Below, one piece after another: positions 32,331 through 44,260 of a stretch of 64,000 bases of DNA. This DNA comes from Iphione sp. A-MEVVRFRX5. Lineage: Eukaryota. The notes beneath the pieces are model-generated. The model made no database searches and was not told the origin of the DNA. It saw only the letters and a list, made by a program, of their open reading frames with translations. The position numbers and the translations under genes were made by a program. The stretch lies in NCBI GenBank assembly GCA_976226885.1, contig OZ320316.1, positions 46,376,001 through 46,440,000 on the forward strand. Direction: 5' to 3'. Position 1 is the stretch's first letter. The number at the start of each line of letters is the position of its first letter.

Positions 32331-35300
32331 TCTGACTGTCCCTGATCTGAACACATGGAAACAGAGTGTCTGTGGTTGTCTGTGGTCATCCAGAAATTTG
32401 GCCCGTTTTCAGGATGACCATAGCATCTGGAGAAAAAGTCTCAACGAATTTAAGTGATAAGTAATAAAACTGTTCCCAAACTGGGCATTAGTGTTCCGCA
32501 TCATCCCGTGTGTATTCCACTGCATTTCTTTTCTTATACATACATATATATATATATGCATGATGTCTTCAACATCTCAGTAAGACAGAGATGCAAATGT
32601 TCGCTTCATTAGGATGGCAAAAGAGTCCATGATATTTTCTTAATTTCAAGCGACACACATTTTGTTTATATGTGGTTATGACATCATCGTGTCCTTTTGT
32701 ATTTCTATTTTGCACTCCATTTTCCATCTCGTTGTCTAAAGTATCCTAATTGCTCCTAAATTATAAGTTATTTTTATGACAGATGGAGACTAGAGACACC
32801 CGACGGAATAATCACTTATTTTATTACCAATACATGATTTTGTACAAAATTCATTACATTGTCTCTGAATAAACCGACTAAAACGGCATTGCCGCCAAAT
32901 AAAATGTTCAATGAAAAAGCGCAACTCAAACTTGCCATCGACCAAGATACAAAATGGGTTGACTACAGTTAAGAGGGCGGTGTGGGGATGCGGGCAGGGA
33001 GGGGATTAGATGTGGTCACGTGGTGACTGCTGCTGCCCTCTGTCGTACAAAAATGGAACCCAAGGTTAAAGCCCATCTTTCCTTGATACAGAAGACCTCA
33101 GCATATGTAATCAGTGCAATCCAAGAGGACTGAAAATGAACTAAATAACTGACTAAATTGGTGACAAAAAATAGTGACAAAATGACCGCCAATAATGGAC
33201 GCCAGGCCCCCTATGGCAGCGTTCTGAGACTCACGGTGTCAAAGTTCAAGTAATTGCTCGTGGGGGAGGGGTGTTTTGATTTGCATATTCTCATTCTTCT
33301 GTTTTTCTCAATGATTGTTGCCTTAAATTTTGTTGTGTATTCATTGAGTAAAACCCAAGTCTGAACCTTTGTGGGAAACACGGCTGACATAATAAATTGT
33401 ACCTTGTTCAGGCATGTAGAGAAGGTAACGCTGCATATTATCAGATTCGACCTGTACCACGTGGATTTCAAAACCACGTTAACTGCGGGACCGCCCACGT
33501 GAATTGATCACGTGGCCGAGACTTCGGATGAGGAGTAGAAGAGGAGGGGGATGTTAAGGATGCTGCCACTTCTGGTATATATTGCTGCCATGATGCAATG
33601 ACTGAAATGACGCCACAGTTACTTACATGACGTCATAATGACAAATCTGTGCGGTAATTTTGTTCGGCGTTTTATAGATTCTTTTTCATGTTCAGGGCGT
33701 GGTTTTGTGTATGAGGTAATTAAAGAATCAAATAAGACGTCCAATGAGGTGGCATAGAGTCCTGGCGTGTCCCACTAACCCGTATTTTTCACAAATGGGG
33801 ATGGAGTGGGTGGGAGGATTCCGGGTGCAGGACGATGTGAGTAAGGGGCGAAAGGTACGGGATAAAGATCCTAGTAGGTGGCTGTGGGCGCTTGTAACGC
33901 GCATCTTTTATATTACTGTCACATTGAAATATCTTCTAGGATACTTGTATGGGCAAGAGAGAGCAAATCTGACTGAGGTGATTGAAACACAAAGAGGTCA
34001 AGGTTTTATTACAGACATATATCTACGGCTCGACCAAGGGATGGACTGCTGGTCTGGCATTGATGTCTAATAGCTGGCCATCAAAGTCGAGAGCAAAGGG
34101 AGGAGATGAGGGATAAGGGAGGGTACCCATGGACCAGAGAGAGTAAGATGTGAATATAGGGATTCGGCTAGAGGTAGGAGGGGGGAAAACAAGAGTTCCG
34201 GAATTCAAAGAGAGTCTGGGAGGATGATAGGACCCTGTGAGCTTGTGCGCATGTACAGCTCCAAATTGATATGCCTGGACTGACCTGATTGTCCCAGATA
34301 TACACATATATACAGATAATATATATATTTATATCTAGATGAATAGATATATTCAAACGTATCTCTGCCATATATGTACAAGTGTATCATCCAGATATAC
34401 ATGCACACATAATAAGATACTGCCACAACATAAAGTTTGAAAAAGTCCCAATAAAGGAGTGAATAGAAAATGAGGCAATAGTATGAACTGTCCCTATAGA
34501 TTATGGTAAGTGTGTCATCACGTTGACCATGTTGCCATGTGTATATCATTTGCCGATATCATATATTGTTTAAGACACCTTCCGTGTGGTTTCCTGTTGT
34601 TCCTAAGGAGTTGTCATGAACACATCGTGCATGTAGTATCCTATCCTTGAGATTTCGGGGAGTGAAAAATAGGCATCGACAGAAGATGGTGAACGCACGC
34701 AATCTTATTTGCACATTCGCTATTAGTCTGGAGTGGACAAGTCCAAATTTGCTGCAACACCCACCACTTACCGATCAACGCTAATGGGTGTAATCTAAAC
34801 TTCCATTGCTTGTCTGCTATCTACTTTGAAACTATTGATATCTGCAAAAACACTAGAATACAACGTTCCATTGACCACCTCTCACGGCTCCTCATCCCTA
34901 GCCTCTGGGCTGCGGCGAAAGAGAGGAAAGAATTGATTGCCGATTGCCGTCAAACAGTATACCAATTTCAATCCTATATCAAAACGTAAACTATTCAATA
35001 CAGTCAACTGTGCTGTCTCGGAATCTGCACTATAGGGATTGTTGTGATAATTGGCTTCAATAATAACAAGTATGTATAAAAATTGACCTTCACACTGGAC
35101 ATTGCTTCGTCAAGAGCAAATACTCAAGAGGTGACAAAGAAGACCCTGGGGGGAGAACATAGTTAAGCGAGATATACAAGTACAGAGTGACATATAAAAT
35201 CGCAGATACAACATAAAAGAGCTGAGTAGACGAAAACAAAAACAATCGTGAATGGCAAAGAACTAAACGATTGATCGGGAAGGAAAGATAGTCTGAGGGG

Positions 35301-35390
35301 AAAAAAGAGACAGGATTGTCGGGACAGTGGTTGATGGAAACAGAATGCTAGAAGGGAAAGGTAGTAAAATTTCAACGTGATGTAACTTTT

Positions 35391-35559
35391 CATGCCCATA
35401 GCCAAGGGGGTATCGGGGGTATCGTCCGATACCCCCAAAGCCATTACTGTCTATTAATTGGCCTTTATAGACTTGCAGGAATGGAAAAAATAGTTCCACC
35501 CCTGTTGTATTGGGGCTATCGTCCGATACCCCCCAGAGAACCTCCTGGCTACGGGCCTG
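35391..35559. mobile_element. 169-bp MITE (family C)
   Basis: 16-bp imperfect TIRs CATGCCCATAGCCAAG / CCTGGCTACGGGCCTG, CTTTT on both flanks, internal duplicated tatcgtccgataccccc; a related left end CAGAGCCGTAGCC lies near 7285. Confidence 0.55.
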
Positions 35560-37299
35560 CTTTTGTTACAGGGAGGGGAAAAAAGAAACACAGTGCCTGA
35601 TAGAGGTGCAACTGCCAGAGAAAGACGGAACTCAACCCGCGAAATATACTAAAGGGACCTGCGGTGTGTATATGCCAGAGTAATACTGGTAGGGTCTCAG
35701 ATACAGAGAAAGCTATAGGGACACACCATCTGTAAACGGCCTACCTAAAGAGAACATCAGTGAATTTCATTCGGGGGAATAGGGATCAGGGATAGGTGAG
35801 AGCAAAACTGTGCATGAACACATTTCAGTGAGAATATATAATCCAAAAATGAGACAATTTCGGTATTTCCTTTTGTGTACAAACATTTTACAAATGGACC
35901 TTTTTACACTCGGACTCAACAAGGTGGGCCTCCCCTCAGCGTCTCACCCGCCAGTACGGCATGTTACCCCCGTGACCTAGCTCTACAAATCTGAGAAAAT
36001 GGTCAAAAAATTAGAGACGAGGTCAGCAGGTCTCAGCGGTACTGGTGGAGACACCTACGGACGACGACCCTAACTATCAAGGTGACCTTGGCCGGCAGGA
36101 GACAGAAAATTGCAAATGGCGGAGTCACGTGACGTACAAACTGTCAAAAAATACTCAAATTGGCACCCTAGCTCCGAGAAACGAAGTTCGGGGCGGACGC
36201 TCAAAAAGTACACCCAAATACCAGGGGAACACATTTGGTACGAAAGGGTACGTTAAAACGAGTAATTAACTGTATAGTGATGGGTTTGAAAAGGTAGCGG
36301 GATGTAACCGGTTAAATTACTGTGATCCATCATACGAAAAGCACAATTTACTTTTTTACACCTCGCCGGCCAATGACAACATACGTCCAAGTAGATTTAT
36401 ACATTATGTAATAAACAGGCAGGCAAGGCGCCTATGCCTTTTATAACGAGTGTATGGGATTCACCCATATATGGAGAGAAATACTGTTTTAGGTATGAAG
36501 AATGGGAGGGTTGGTAGGTATTGGGTGGTTTTCTGTATCGTGTCTCAACTTGTAACACAATACAGATCTAACAATGGTTGTAGTACGTGGGTTGGTGATT
36601 AGGGTAGCATGACTTGAAGGGGTGGGGTTTCTTGGCTAGGGGTTCCTGCTGCGCAAGGACGTCCCCGTTTTAGTGGTTGTGTCAGGGAGAAAGAAAGGAG
36701 GGGAGGAGGTTGCCATAGCTAATCAGAAGCTTATACACACAAATTTAGAGCCACTATCTCTGTATCGAGAGATATGTTCTCTCATGTAACACACAGAACG
36801 GAACGAAACCGATATAGGGACACGATAAGAAGCGAACTGAGAACATTCATAAGCGGAAACTACACAGTGCGAGACAACGGGCGAATGGTCACTTGAGTGG
36901 GAGGGGTTTATGGGTTAAGGTAAAGATCAAGGTCAACGTAGTTTCCAATTAATGCTGCCTTTAAAAGTGTCCTTCGAAGAAAGAGAGGTGGACGCGGGAG
37001 GGGTGGCCAGTCTATCTGTGACCGTATATGGTGTTATGACCATAAATGGTACTAAATGACTAGAGATGGGAATAGATCTCTCCCCCACTGAAAAGAGAGA
37101 AGGACCTGATTTTCCAACGTAACCAACGTAATAATGTAACGCCTAGCCCGGTGTGTAGGTGTGTATACGGCAGTGTCGGTAACAACCTTGAGAAACCTCC
37201 TGACTGACTCGTTACATGTCACTAAACGACGACATGATGAATGTCACGTGATTGCCACGGGGGGGGGGTGAGGGCAACTGATGGATATGCGACTATGAC

Positions 37300-37745
37300 G
37301 TCTTGGTCATGTGACAGATAACCGCATGATAATAATTGTACAGTCATATGATGGTCATGTCAAAATGACTGGGATTCGTTCAAGGCCTGTAATATTGTCA
37401 CATAATCTCCACCATACGGTCACGCAGTGATAACATGATAGTTGCTTAATGGCCATGTGATGGTTGTGTCATAGTCACATGATGTTCACACGATGTCCAT
37501 ATGATTATCACACAATGTTCATCAGATGTAATGAGCATGGGATGGTCATCTTATGGTCATGTGATATTCATATGATGTCCTTATGATTGTCATGTGTTGT
37601 TCAATTGATAGTCATGCGATCACATGGTGGTCACCTGGTGGTTATATGGTTGTCACTCCATGGTCAGGTAATGGTCACATAAGTCACTTGGTCGTCATGC
37701 AATGGTTACACGATGGTCACATGTTGGTCACATGGTGCCTGTGCA
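37300..37745. repeat. Degenerate ~11-bp minisatellite (GGTCACATGAT-like)
   Basis: Many gtcacatg, gtcatgtg, gtcacacg and gtcacctg variants at roughly 11-12 bp period. Confidence 0.7.
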
Positions 37746-38139
37746 GTTGCCCAGTGATGGTCATGTTTGTGACATGCGTTCCATTGGGGTGGCACCCGGT
37801 GGCAGTGTTGCCCAGCCTTCTCTAAGGAATGAGAGAAGGAAGAGAAGACAGTTAATACAGGGGTCATTTTCCGTTTGTCCCCGAGAGTGTCACCTTCTTG
37901 TGCGTGTGTCAGCGAGGTGCATGTCGCGTAAAAGGGCCATGGAATGGTTGCTGCATTGATGTCACGTGACTGGTGACCGAGGTAGGTGGCGCCACCATGC
38001 AACGAGCAGGCGGGCGCCGGCTGTTTCTGCTGTTGCCCGCCAGGTGGACCTAGTAGCACCATGCTGGGGGGTTGGTCACCCGGGTAGTCGCTTGTTACAG
38101 TAGCACCTTGGAGAGAGTGGGGTTGGTTAGTTTGACGTT

Positions 38140-38890
38140 GGTGGTTGCCATGGTAATGGCCTGAGTGTTCTCCCTGCGCGCTGGTGGACCAAGTGCTGCT
38201 CCTTATAGTAAATTAGTGGCAGCACCCGAATTCAACATGTGACGTCATCGGTGACGTCAGAATCTCGAGGCAGATCTCGTGTTCCCGGCGAGACTTGGTG
38301 TGGGACTGTCAGCAGCCATCACAGCCCCTTGGTGATGTAGCAAAAATATATCTGATTCTATTAACCTCAGGGTTCTTGACGTAACGTCATTGCAATTGAT
38401 GTCATAGTCTCTCGCTAGATGTCAAAAACCGTGCACCGCGCCACCTCACGAATGACACTGTCCGAAATGACATCAGATCAAACATCGCGTCGCCGATTCA
38501 TGCGACTTCACGATCTGTGATATAACACCAATGGTGGCATCATTGCGGTGAGTGGAGAGGTTGAAAGTCAAACAAACACGCACAGAGACGCCCTCTCTTG
38601 GAAAAGTCTCTAGTTACTCACGTCGACCGGTCATTCTCATATCTTTATATATAAAGTGATTCTAGAGCTACTTGCAGACTTAGCAAAATATGTATTTGTC
38701 GTGGGCTGTTATATATTCTTATATATAATATAACTCATGTTATATTCATCCCTCATCATGTAACCAGAATATAACGACGGGCATGCAGGTTCTACGTACA
38801 GCAACACATGTATGCTCTCTACCATACCTGTCAACATAAAAAAATCTCTGTACACACAGACGCCTCGGCGCCGCCATATTGGATTTCATT
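38140..38890. promoter_or_regulatory. CpG-rich promoter-like region
   Basis: X-box-like GTTGCCATGGTAAT (38144), tandem CRE TGACGTCA (38240, 38252), YY1-like CCGCCATATT (38871-38880) overlapping a minus-strand ATG. Confidence 0.45.
38828..38877 (-). CDS. Candidate first coding exon MAAPRRLCVQRFFYVD(R)
   Basis: AATATGGCGGCG start context typical of housekeeping first exons; donor AG|gtatgg; ~0.8 kb beyond an AATAAA of the upstream minus-strand gene. Confidence 0.3.
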
Positions 38891-40790
38891 ACAGATTCTG
38901 TGGTAAAATAACAAATAAATACACATAAATGCAGCTCTATCAGCAGCGACAACACAGGAACTACAACTGAGTACTACACGTAACATAGATTGTATTGAGG
39001 ACACGAGAGCCAGTGAATGGGACTGTTGGTGCCATTATGACTCGCAACATAACACGATTGACTGCAGCTTGGCAGAGGTATCATCCTTTAAAGGGCTTTG
39101 TGTCACGAAAAATTAACCATTCAGCGCCATTTTGTTTGCAGCTTTTAGAGTTGGACTGGCCATTCGACTCTTTATATCATTTCTATCCTACTGTAGTTTT
39201 CCAAGAAGTTATTCGCCCGTTATCAAAAAGACTGGCAATGGACAATATACTGCGGGTTTTGCAGAGGTATGATCCTTAACTTATGTGTCCGTTAATAGGA
39301 ACAAGGTCTCCCTGCCCTTCGAGTTGGATTGGCTTGTGTTCTATAAAATTTCATCCCACAGGGCTTACCAGTTACCAACTATATGGGTGCAAGAAGCAGG
39401 TAACACATCCATGTTTGCGGCTTCATGCAGATATTACCAATAACAGGTGTTTGAGGAAAGGACAACAGGGATGCCGCGTCTTCTCAGGACCAATCGAGAC
39501 ACTTAGCGACACAAGACTCACTGCCTTCTTGTAAGCTATAACCTTGAGCTGGTTTTCCTACATATTTTCATAGTGCAGCTAGATGTAGATCCTAGCCCAG
39601 CAGCGGGATGATCTTTTAGGATTGAAAACTGTTGGACCCATTTCCTTGTGACCTCTTTCAATTGAGCGCTAACACTCGTTCAGTTTATTCCATGTCCTGG
39701 CACATCGATCCTGTAACCTGTAGCCCATGACTGATAGGAAAGGCCCTGTAGTACGGGCCATCGATGAGAAACCTCAGCCAAACATCTTCAACCGCTACAT
39801 AGCACTAATCCCATCATTGGCAGATAAGTTTTTTTCTCTGTAACAAAAAGTCAGCCGTGTTGGCCCTCTGAGTGTTGACTATTAGCACCAGCAAAGTCGG
39901 AAATAATCACAAAAGTGATGCAACTGGAAAAATCCTGGGTGGTATAAATTTATACCTGGGTTGATTTTAGTTGGGATTCCTTTGTTAACAACTTCTTCTT
40001 GTGGAGTGGCCTGAGTAAGTTTTGTATTGGCCTGAATCTGCCTGATATTGCCTAGGCTGGACTCTTGTACAGTGACATAGCTCAGCTGCAAAGGCCCTAT
40101 GGTGTCAAAGTCAGTTCTGTTAGATGTTGTTGATCGGTTCTGAGGACATTCCAGTCATTTGGTACATACTTAGGTGTGTCAGTTTACAGTGGATGAAATC
40201 TTTATTTTGTTAGACGGGGATAAGATGCAATGAATTTGATTGACCTCTGGTTAGCTGTGACTGATTTCAAATAATCGAAAGCTGTCTCAATTGACACAGT
40301 TGATTTGGACTGTAGTTATGTGGTCTCAAGCGGTTTCTATATATTTGACTATCAGGTCGGCTTCGCTTAACTTGAATGTTTTTTGGCTGTTTTAAACTGG
40401 GTGAGAATGCCCTGAGGCTACCCTGAGATGTCCCAGGTTGCCTTAAATCGGTCTGAGCTGCCCCGAATTAATCTTCGTTGGTGTGAAATACTCTCAAATT
40501 GGTCTGAGATGACGGAGGTGTCTAGACGACCCTCAGTCTGAAACGTCTCAGGTTGACCTTGATAGGCGCGCTTTCACCGGTCCTAATGACATACGTATGA
40601 CCTCAGATAGTTCACTGTCTGGCCTAGAATAACTTCAAATACCTCAACTGGACTGGTTCGAATAAACAGGCCTGTCCTGAGTCTCGTCCAGGGTCATGGG
40701 TCATGTATAAAATATCAATCCAACCAGAGGTTCGCATTAACAGACCATCTTCATTTCATGTTCGGCACAAGAGGGTGTAGTAGTGGAGGT

Positions 40791-43700
40791 TCACTCCATG
40801 GGCACGTCGAGCTGAATGATGTTGGCCGATTTGAAGACGAAGCCCTCGATTGGTACTATACCATAGACAGGTACCGCATCGGGGGCGTAAGGGTCCACGA
40901 CGAACTTGATGGTTGTCTGTAAGTTCTGGGTGTTGAAGTCGGTCGCAATGAGTACTGCCCCAAAGAGGTCGGTCACCTGATCGCCATGACAACTGCTGTT
41001 GAAGGCGAAAATGGTGTTCTCCATTTTACACATAGCCAGAGTGGTATTGCCAATGGTGACTAACACTCCTTTCGTAAAAGGACCGTACAGTTCTCTATTG
41101 ATATTGTCTACTACGGTGTCTATGGTGTTTCCAGTGGTGAAGGGGGAGACTAAAGGCTGCACATCACGTGGGAACAGCCGGATGGACTCTACGGGGACGC
41201 CGTTGATGGAGGAGGCGGTGGCACTGCCTTCCAAGATGCAATTCTCCACAAGGAGGCACCACTGTCGTAATACGTGCTCGTCCTCCAGGTCGGGAGAGTA
41301 GGCCCGTGTGACCAGTTTGCTGAGGAAAGAGGCAGCCGCTAACTTGTTAGCCAAAGCAATGATGAAATTCTCGTGGGACTGGGTCTGCTGGTCGGCTGAC
41401 ACCACCCACGGAAATTTCCAAAGTCTCAGTGAGCGCGCCAGGACCATTCGGGGCACCTCCAGCTCTAGGAGTCCGACGGGGCGGACATCGTAGGTCGTCA
41501 GTTCCTCCTCCGTCTCGTCCGTACATAGTGTCCGGTCGACCCGGATATGCCGGTCAAGAATGTCCGGCATGACCTTTGCCCAGATGGCACGGTGGTCTTT
41601 GCGCAGGCGCCGCGCATGCGTCCTATAGACGTCGACCAGTTTGGGCACCAGACTGGCCGCCACCGCTGCCACTGTTACGAACACACCCGACCCTGTGAAT
41701 GCCCCGAGAGCGGACAGCGCCAGAAAAGTAAACACAACGAAAATGAAGACGAAGCTGAGGCGAATGAAGATTCTCCTTATTGACCTGCTCCAGCCACACT
41801 TCAGGTCGGCGCACACGTTGTAATAGAGTTCCTTGGAGACGTACTCTGTGTTGTCTCCATCCATGAACTTGACAGCGCCCAGGTTGTGCGTCTTGAGAAT
41901 TTGTATGGTGCCGTCCCGGAATACCTCGTCCGTGTCCTCGACGGCGGATATCCTCGGCGAGTTCTCGTCGATAAGCTTGAGGATGTCACAGTGCTCACTG
42001 TTGATGATGGCCAGTGTGTCGTTGAGGTAGTAGAGGAGGACGAGGATGAAGGCCACCACGGGTAGGGCGGTAGAAGCATGTAATACAGCCCCCAAACCGG
42101 TGAAAAATAGCACGTTGAGCAGGAACTCCGTCATGACAAAGACGGCCGTACAGTATCCAGCCAGCAGCGCCACGAAGGCCAGCCAGATGAGAGTGGAGCA
42201 GCCCCATTTACACAGGGTCGTCGGAGAGATGCATTCGCACGTCATTTCCGCCTGGGTCTCATCATCGTCGCGTTCACTGTCGTCGCGGCGCAGTTTGAAG
42301 AGCTTGTTATCGACCAGCGTCAGTCCAAAGCAGATGTTGAGCACGGGCACCTGCATGCAGACGCGGCCGATAAGGTGCGCCAACCGTCGAGCGCCCCAAG
42401 GGATCCAGCGAATCCTAAAGAGGTGCCGCTTGGTGCGGAAGTCGCCGTATGCTAACTTGCGGAGAATGTGTTTGTATCCGCGCGTCATTCGATCGTAGAG
42501 AAGATGCGGGTGTTCGTAGGGGCGGCGGTTGTCCATCTGGAGTAGACAGCGCTCTAGCGGGTTGTCCGGCCACGAAAGGAGAAGCACCGTATAGACGAAT
42601 GCTACGAATGAGAAGAGCATCCAGATGGTAAGGGCCGGATTATTCCGCGGCAGCAGCGCCCAGCCAACCAGGTTGGTGTTCAGAGCTAGGGGCCCGTAGT
42701 TTTCTAGGCCGGCAGCAAACTCGACGATAGCCGCGTATAGTGGCAGTCGCGGCGCGTAAAGAGCTGCGGCTGCGTAGAAGACGACGGGGTACACGATGGC
42801 GATGGCAAAGAAGCGCCAAAAGAAGCGCCAGCAGCGGCGGCAGCCAGACCCACGTCGGCAGGGTGCGGGTTGGTGCCGCCAGTCGGCCCAGGCATGGATG
42901 CAGCACCGTCCTTCGCCGTAGCAGTGAAAGACTAGGCGGAATAGGAAACGCGGCAGCGAGAAGGGCTTAGGATCGCTAAGATTGATGAGCTGGCGCGAGC
43001 TGATGCGGATGACATAGTTTCGCTGTCCTGTGATGCCATGTTTGAGAGAGGCCCGGAAGAACTTTGTTACATTGTCATACTTAAGCGTCATCTTAATCTT
43101 CATGACGACTATAGGGCTGAAGAGCGTGAAGATAACCGCGATGACGTCAATTACGGTGAGAACGCCGCTAACCTCTCGCCGGTACGATGTGTATATGCGG
43201 CAGAAGTGGTCGCCGCCTCGGAACTCGGCCGTATCGCAGCAGCGGTGGACGAAATGCGATACACTTCCAGTTTCTCCCTGCTGCTTCTCCTCCGCTCTCT
43301 CTTCATCCCGCCCGCCGCCATTCAGTTGATTGCTGTTGCTGCTGCTACCTCCATATTTGGTTGCTGGACGCCTCGCGGGCAACGTCTTGTTGACAACGCG
43401 GTGACATAGGAAGTCCCGGGCGTGACGTCGGCGTTCGACATGCGTCACGTTGAAGATAAGCAACTTTCGGACGGCATAGAGCCGACAGCCGGGCGACTGC
43501 CGCAGCAGACAGTCTGAAGGAACGGCGGCCAGTGACACATCAATATGGCGCCGTTGACCGTCCAGAATGTACAGTGACAGCACGTCGGCGTCCAGCGGAA
43601 GTCCCAATAACTTCCTACCCAGCCGTTCGGAAGCCCACACCCACTCCGAAGCCTTGAAGTTGTTGCCCATGTATGGGAAGTCGTCGAGGATCGATTCGTT

Positions 43701-44090
43701 CTCGCCAACGAAGCGTAGTCTGAAGGAGACGAGCGCCGTGTCGAGCTCCTCGATGTAATCCTGGAAGGTGGTCCGCACTTCGTGTAAGTTGAGCACACGC
43801 AAGACGCACGGCGTGGGGCAATCCGGTACGTACCGCTTCGGCCGGAAGTCGCCGTCTGCGGCAGCGGAAGTGGCGGTGTGGTCACGGTGATGCGTGGCCG
43901 CCCCGCCACGCCCGCCGCGCACCACCACACTACTGCCAGCGGCGTGCCCGTGCCTGTGGCGGCGAGGCGAGTCCTCCATCCAAGGCGCATGTTCAAAGGC
44001 GGAGAGACTTGAAACCACGCTGACCAAGACTAGAAGCAGCAATGGCGGCAGCGGCGACGGCGGCGCGGCAAGCAGCGTCGGCAGACGCAT
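40791..44090 (-). CDS. Intronless ~1099-aa multi-pass membrane protein: signal peptide, RPKR furin site, Cys-rich ectodomain, ~8 TM segments, C-terminal peptidase-C76-like domain
   Basis: 3.3-kb uninterrupted GC-rich ORF in AT-rich surroundings; hydrophobic leader MRLPTLL..LLLLVLVSVVSSLSA; several hydrophobic 19-23-mers; splice acceptor at 44261 upstream; AATAAA at ~40201 and ~39683 on the minus strand. Confidence 0.9.
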   Translation of the reverse strand: MRLPTLLAAPPSPLPPLLLLVLVSVVSSLSAFEHAPWMEDSPRRHRHGHAAGSSVVVRGGRGGAATHHRDHTATSAAADGDFRPKRYVPDCPTPCVLRVLNLHEVRTTFQDYIEELDTALVSFRLRFVGENESILDDFPYMGNNFKASEWVWASERLGRKLLGLPLDADVLSLYILDGQRRHIDVSLAAVPSDCLLRQSPGCRLYAVRKLLIFNVTHVERRRHARDFLCHRVVNKTLPARRPATKYGGSSSNSNQLNGGGRDEERAEEKQQGETGSVSHFVHRCCDTAEFRGGDHFCRIYTSYRREVSGVLTVIDVIAVIFTLFSPIVVMKIKMTLKYDNVTKFFRASLKHGITGQRNYVIRISSRQLINLSDPKPFSLPRFLFRLVFHCYGEGRCCIHAWADWRHQPAPCRRGSGCRRCWRFFWRFFAIAIVYPVVFYAAAALYAPRLPLYAAIVEFAAGLENYGPLALNTNLVGWALLPRNNPALTIWMLFSFVAFVYTVLLLSWPDNPLERCLLQMDNRRPYEHPHLLYDRMTRGYKHILRKLAYGDFRTKRHLFRIRWIPWGARRLAHLIGRVCMQVPVLNICFGLTLVDNKLFKLRRDDSERDDDETQAEMTCECISPTTLCKWGCSTLIWLAFVALLAGYCTAVFVMTEFLLNVLFFTGLGAVLHASTALPVVAFILVLLYYLNDTLAIINSEHCDILKLIDENSPRISAVEDTDEVFRDGTIQILKTHNLGAVKFMDGDNTEYVSKELYYNVCADLKCGWSRSIRRIFIRLSFVFIFVVFTFLALSALGAFTGSGVFVTVAAVAASLVPKLVDVYRTHARRLRKDHRAIWAKVMPDILDRHIRVDRTLCTDETEEELTTYDVRPVGLLELEVPRMVLARSLRLWKFPWVVSADQQTQSHENFIIALANKLAAASFLSKLVTRAYSPDLEDEHVLRQWCLLVENCILEGSATASSINGVPVESIRLFPRDVQPLVSPFTTGNTIDTVVDNINRELYGPFTKGVLVTIGNTTLAMCKMENTIFAFNSSCHGDQVTDLFGAVLIATDFNTQNLQTTIKFVVDPYAPDAVPVYGIVPIEGFVFKSANIIQLDVPME

Positions 44091-44136
44091 GCTCCCCACT
44101 CCCGGTAAGAAAGCGGCGGCGTCGATACCTGCCGCT

Positions 44137-44260
44137 TTAAGTCATGCCCCTCAGGGAAGCCCTCCAGATGGTGATGTCATGGCGTCTAGGTAGTGGTCGC
44201 TGACGTCAAGATGGGGCACTCCGGGCGGTAGAGAGTTGGCGGGCGGCACAGTGGCTCCAT
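44137..44260 (-). promoter_or_regulatory. 5' leader with three upstream ORFs
   Basis: uATGs at 44260 (24 aa, stop 44186), 44180 (9 aa, stop 44151) and 44145 (MT*), all terminating before the main ATG at 44090. Confidence 0.55.

Noticed and set aside
34950-35200. Possible RTE-LINE 3' end (RGRPKKTW-like after frameshifts)
   Set aside because: Needs several assumed indels; too degenerate to support.
44091-44099. ORF-track start at 44099 (MGSM)
   Set aside because: It is a GTG codon; the first in-frame ATG is at 44090.
40756-44193. Many 60-180 aa ORFs overlapping the 1099-aa CDS on both strands
   Set aside because: Shadow ORFs expected from a GC-rich coding sequence; no motifs.
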